A stretch of DNA of 64,000 bases from Heteronotia binoei. Its lineage: Eukaryota. The stretch lies in assembly GCF_032191835.1 (NCBI RefSeq), contig NC_083236.1, positions 15,996,001 through 16,060,000 on the forward strand. The letters run 5' to 3'. Both the position numbers and the translations under genes were made by a program. This document shows positions 59,103 through 64,000 of the stretch, piece by piece. The notes under the pieces are model-generated. The model worked only from the letters and a program-made list of their open reading frames with translations. It had not been told where the DNA came from and searched no databases. Positions within the stretch are counted from its first letter, which is position 1, and each line of letters opens with the position of its first letter.

Positions 59103-61520
59103 ATGGACAAAAGGCATGAAGGGGGTTGTTGGATCCTCAGAAGGCAAGTGCTGCTTCTTTCACTATTGTCTTTGTGCTGCTGGGCTGCTTCAGAGCAGAT
59201 TCGTTATTCAATCCCTGAAGAGATGCCAAAGGGATCAATTGTGGGGAATCTCGCCAAGGATTTGGGATTAGATGTCAAAGAACTAGCAAAAAGCAAACTG
59301 CATGCTGTATCTATGTCTAAAGTACAGTATTTCAGTATCAATGCAGAGAATGGAAACCTCTGTGTAAATGACAGAATAGACAGGGAGGGTGTTTGCGGTA
59401 AAAATCCACTTTGTTTTGTTAATTTTGAAGCAGTAGTTGAACATCCTTTGAATGTTTTCCATATAACTGTAGCAATTCAGGATGTTAATGATAACAGACC
59501 ACATTTTTTAAAAAGCAATATCAACTTAGAAATTATTGAATCTAGTTTGCCAGGCACCAAATTTGTCCTTGGGAGAGCTGAAGATCCTGACATTGGGATG
59601 AATTCTCTCCAGAATTACCAGCTCAGTCCCAACCAGTATTTCACTTTGGAAGTTAAAGAGAGTCAAGATGGAAATAAGTTTGCAGATTTGGTTCTGCAGA
59701 AGCCACTGGATCGAGAAAGGGAACAGGCCTTCTGCTTAGTTCTTACAGCTGTAGATGGGGGTGAACCAAGAAAAACTGGTACTGCAGAGATATGCATCAA
59801 TATCACTGACGCCAATGACAACCCACCCATCTTCACTCAAGAGGTCTATAGGGTTAGTGTGAGAGAAAATGCTCCCATCAACTCCTTTGTACTCAGTGTT
59901 CTTGCAACTGACAATGATGAAGGTTCCAATGCTCAGATCAAGTACCATTTCAGCAATGTCCCAGCGAATGCCAACAAAAAGTTCAGCCTGGATGCTACCA
60001 ATGGCTCACTTACTCTTACAGGGGCATTGGATTTTGAAGAAACTGAAGAATACACCATAACAATAGCAGCAAAAGATGGCGGTGGATTAGAGACACAGTG
60101 CAAAGTTGAAATAAGGGTTGTTGATGACAATGACAATGCCCCCGAAGTTAATCTCATTTCTCTGTTCAGCCCAGTTCCTGAAGATTCCTTGCCTGGAACT
60201 TTAATTGCTCTGATCAATGTACGTGACAGAGATACTGGTGAAAATGGAAAACTTACATGCACACTGCAAAATGATTTGCCCTTTACCATTCTTCCCTCTT
60301 CTAATAATTACTACAAGCTCCAGACAAATAGTCCTTTAGACCGAGAAAAAAATTCTGAATATAATATTGCAATCATAGCAATTGACAAAGGAGTCCCCCC
60401 TCTCTCCACAAAAAAGATAGTATCAGTAAAGATCTCCGATATCAATGATAATTTCCCCACTTTTGAGAAATCTTCCTATACCATCTACGTGCCAGAAAAT
60501 AATCCTTCCGGTACTTCTGTTTTCACTGTCAAAGCCTTGGATCCAGACATGAACCAAAACTCACAAATCACATATTCCATCCTCCAGAGCAACATCAAGG
60601 AGCTCCCCATCTCTTCGTACATCTCCATTAATTCTGAGACTGGAGCTCTCTATGCCCAGAGGTCCTTTGACTATGAACAGTTCAGAGAGTTCCAGCTTCA
60701 AGTGAAGGCCCAAGATGGTGGTTCCCCCCCTCTCAGCAGCAATGTCACAGTGAGGGTGTTCATCATGGATCGGAATGACAACAGCCCACGGATCCTGTCC
60801 CCTTCACAAGAAGCCAAGGGCTCAGCCTTGTTTGAGATGGTACCCCGTTCAGCTGAAGAAGGTTATTTGGTCACAAAGGTGGTGGCTGTGGATGCTGATT
60901 CTGGACACAATGCCTGGCTTTCCTACCATGTCATTCAAGCCACTGAGCCGGGATTTTTCACTGTTGGTTCTCACACTGGTGAGATCAGGACAGCCAGGGC
61001 CTTTGTGGAGAAAGATGCTGCGAAACAGAAACTGGTCATTTTGGTGAAGGATAATGGGCAGCCACCTCTCTCAGCCACCGTGACGCTGAACCTGGTGTTT
61101 GCTGAGAACTTCCAGGAGGCCCTTCCAGAAATGAAGAACCAGTCCAGCAGCCCTGACTATCAGTCTGACCTGCAGTTCTATCTGGTGCTGGCCTTGGCCT
61201 TGATGTCGTTCTTATTTCTCTTGACAATGATTCTGGCCATTCTGATGAAGCTTCGGAGATCTGGGAATCCCAAATTCCTGCAGTGCTTTGCTCCTGTTCC
61301 CCACTCAAAGGCTGGAGCCATCTTCCCACCAAACTTTGAAGATGGGACTTTGCCTTATTCCTACCAGCTGTGCCTGTCTTCAGAATCCAGGAAGAATGAG
61401 TTTACTTTCCTGACCCCCAATATTCAGATTGCAGACAACTTTCTTTGCAGCAACACACCTGATGTACCTTTGACAGGCAATGAACAAAATTTAAATTCTG
61501 TAATGGAGAGTGGTGACAAG
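59103..61520 (+). CDS. PCDHGB: Protocadherin gamma B-type variable exon (gene 7)
   Basis: 806 codons from MDKRHEGG. Phase-0 donor AAG|GTAAGC. Tail [18 protein letters not shown] is gammaB-type. Confidence 0.95.
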
Positions 61521-62312
61521 GTAAGCTGGAATGATTTGCATTGCTCATCCCATTGTCTTTCACTACATTTGAAATGAAACCATTCTTAGCCTGTTACTGG
61601 TTTCTCAGTCTAGGCATTGGGGATTATATGGAGTGGATTGTAGCTTAGTTTTGGATTTTGTGTCTCTTTCAAGGAGCTTCAAAATATTTATTCCTTATAA
61701 TTCTTTTGTAGATCTTTTGCTGTTCTTAAATCACAATTTGTTTTGGGGACCGAAGTTGTACTGTGAAACAGTTATTTTTAGAACTATGATGGTGCATTAT
61801 ATTGGACATTACATTACTTTGAAACACCAAGGAAAAGTATGGAAGTAGAAAATGTGCCAATGAGAAATCTGTATACATTATAAAGAATCTCCTCTGGCTT
61901 GCTCACATGAAAGTTTCAATATGAATGACTGCAAAGTTGCCATATTTTCTATTTCACATGACTTCTCTACATTGATAAGGCATCACAGCTAAAATACAGA
62001 CATCCTAATACTGCCCACACACAGTACTCTTAATCAGTCAGCGCAAACATTCATCTTCAGGTGTTTAGTAAGTATATTATTGTCATGATATGCATGCAAA
62101 ACATGTGTTCTTATGTATTTCTCCTAGCTGTTGTAGAAAGTTCAGCAGTCAATCAGAAAAGCTACAGGATTTTTATTTTTGAGGTAAATTATTGTAGCTA
62201 ATGGAGGAAAAATAGAATTATCAGTTTTTAATTACTAGTAAAGTGCTAAATATAACCTTTTAAATCTTTCTTGAGTTGCTAACAAGCATCAGTTATATCT
62301 TTGTGCAAATCT

Positions 62313-62972
62313 CATATGGCCGACGCTCTGCAGTCTGTACTGGCTGCCTATAAAGTACGGGGTCCATTTCAAGGTCTTAGTTTTGACTTTTAAAGTCTTG
62401 CGCGGCCTGGGACCAACATACTTGCGGGACCATCTCTCCCCATATATGCCCTGGAGGTCGCGTTGTTCAGCCTCCCAAGATCTTTTGACCATCCCCGGCC
62501 CAAGAGATGCCCGTCTTGCCTCTACCAGGGCCAGGGCTTTTTCGGTCCTGGCCCCAACCTGGTGGCATCAGCTCCCTATGGAGATCCGGGCCCTACCTGT
62601 AAAACAGAGCTGTTCCGCCAGGCTTTTGGATGAGGCAGCGGGTGTCCATTTGTTAGATTGGTTGGCCTCCCCTGCTGTACCATCATGCTATTCCATCATC
62701 AGTGCTGAAAAAGATCTGCTATTAATATAGCATTGCTATTTCATCATTATTCGAACTGTTTGTTACTGACGGGGGCCCGTGGGTTATGTAACATCATAAT
62801 ATATGGTATGTAAAGTGCTGATTAGATTCTGAGCTCAATGCTGTAACTGATTTTATTACGATTTTAGCTGTTCTTGATTGTTTTATCATTGCATATTTAA
62901 TATACTCTGCTCTGAGCCCCCGTGGGGGAATGGGTGGAATATAAATAATCATGATGATGGTGGTGATGGTGG

Positions 62973-63016
<44 letters not shown>
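62313..63016 (+). mobile_element. 5'-truncated L2 LINE with (GAT)n tail
   Basis: WLP...FKVLVLTFKVLRGLGPTYLRDHL...RARAFSVLAPTWW, L2 3' stem, then (GGT/GAT)n 62950-63016. Confidence 0.85.
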
Positions 63017-63444
63017 TCATTTTAAGAACCTTTACTAATTTGCAGAATCATCATCAAGTTATAATGATTTATCTCAGTCAGTGGCTGTCACTTATCTATA
63101 AAAAAGCATCACACAGAGAATTAATCAGGCTTCTGCAAAAGGATACTTTTAGGGTACTTGCTTCTACTTTTTGTCATCCTACTAGTTAAAAGTTATTTCC
63201 TTTTTTTTCAATAAAAGATCATTAAAGGGGAACTTGCACATTTAATCATTCTCATTCCCTCCATATGAAAAATTTGCACCAAGGTGTTGTAGCTTGTGAT
63301 TCTCCCTCATATGCCTAGTTTGGGAACATTTTTATTCTTGGTGGCATTTAAATATAAGACTTACCCATCTGTATTTTGATGTGACTTAGTCGCAGGTGAG
63401 CTGTGCCACACACTTTTTCTGAATGTGTAGACTGGATCTGATTA

Positions 63445-63712
63445 TGCAGTAGCAGTTGCTCTGCCTGCAGGCTTCTGCTTTCCCCATATCAAATGATCGA
63501 ATCTCCACCGGTTGCTGGGTGGTTGCATTTTGACCCGCAGCTCCCTCCAGTTTTCCTCATGTCTTCCTGATCTTGTTTTTTAGAGATCAAGAAGATGCAG
63601 GAGAAGTTGGAGGGAGCCACAGGTCAAAATATGGCCACAAAACAACTGGTGAGGAATCAATTACGTGGTTCGGGGAAAGCAGAAGCCCAGGGGCAGAGCA
63701 ACTGCTACTGCA
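63445..63712. mobile_element. Palindromic MITE
   Basis: TGCAGTAGCAGTTGCTCTGCC...GGCTTCTGCTTTCCCC mirrored by GGGGAAAGCAGAAGCCC...GGCAGAGCAACTGCTACTGCA. Inner arms also complementary. True ends and TSD not resolved. Confidence 0.65.
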
Positions 63713-63747
63713 GAACTGACATAGCTCTATGTGAAGTTAGATCCAAT

Positions 63748-63836
63748 TGGGTAGCCATGTTGGTCTGAAGCATTGTGACAAAGTTAGAGTCCACTGGCAC
63801 CTTTAAGACCAACGAAGTTTTATTGAGGCTGTAAGC
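63748..63836 (-). mobile_element. Penelope-like pLTR 3' piece
   Basis: GGGTAGCCATGTTGGTCTGAAGC...GAGTCCACTGGCACCTTTAAGACCAACGAAGTTTTATT, truncated where the hammerhead would begin. Confidence 0.6.
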
Positions 63837-64000
63837 GCCAGAATAAGCCTAATGGGGAATCGGTCAGAGAAGAGAGAGACAGAGAGAGAATGTGATGGGA
63901 TCTACTGATGGTGATGATTGAGAAAAGTTGTTTTGTATAAAGTGAGTTAGAGGTATATTTACACACTTTAGATAGTCAGTATTCAGTCAGGTTCTGGAGT

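Noticed and set aside
1-64000. Antisense orientation bias of retroelements
   Set aside because: My rough tally is about 18 minus to 10 plus, too few and too uncertain to call a bias from this window.
1-64000. Pcdh-gamma constant exons, C-type exons or an HS enhancer
   Set aside because: No QAPPNTDW-like coding sequence, C-type exon or reverse-oriented CTCF cluster was noticed. Small exons could be missed by eye, but they are expected further downstream.

Overview
Vertebrate (squamate, probably gecko, inferred from the SINE complement) genomic DNA from the variable region of the clustered protocadherin-gamma locus. Seven intact ~2.4-kb variable exons lie on the + strand in the order gammaA-B-A-A-B-A-B. 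Each encodes a signal peptide, six cadherin repeats, a TM segment and a variable cytoplasmic tail. Each ends at a phase-0 GT donor and is preceded 180-240 bp upstream by a forward-oriented CSE/CTCF-type element. I did not see the constant exons; they are presumably downstream. The spacers are full of transposons: one full-length but damaged 5.18-kb L1-clade LINE with a 17-bp TSD, a solo LTR, L2, CR1 and Penelope fragments, four SINE types, and hAT- and Harbinger-like MITEs. There are two N gaps. The locus is a known biological system and I found no wholly new one. The best leads are: three of seven CSEs have lost the core CpG in two different ways; one gammaB isoform has a predicted new cross-strand Cys pair in EC2; one gammaA gene is mosaic and divergent; a full-length antisense L1 points into exon 3; and a SINE 3' tail is amplified as a 104-bp array inside a MITE. 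All coordinates and counts were read by eye and no database searches were run.
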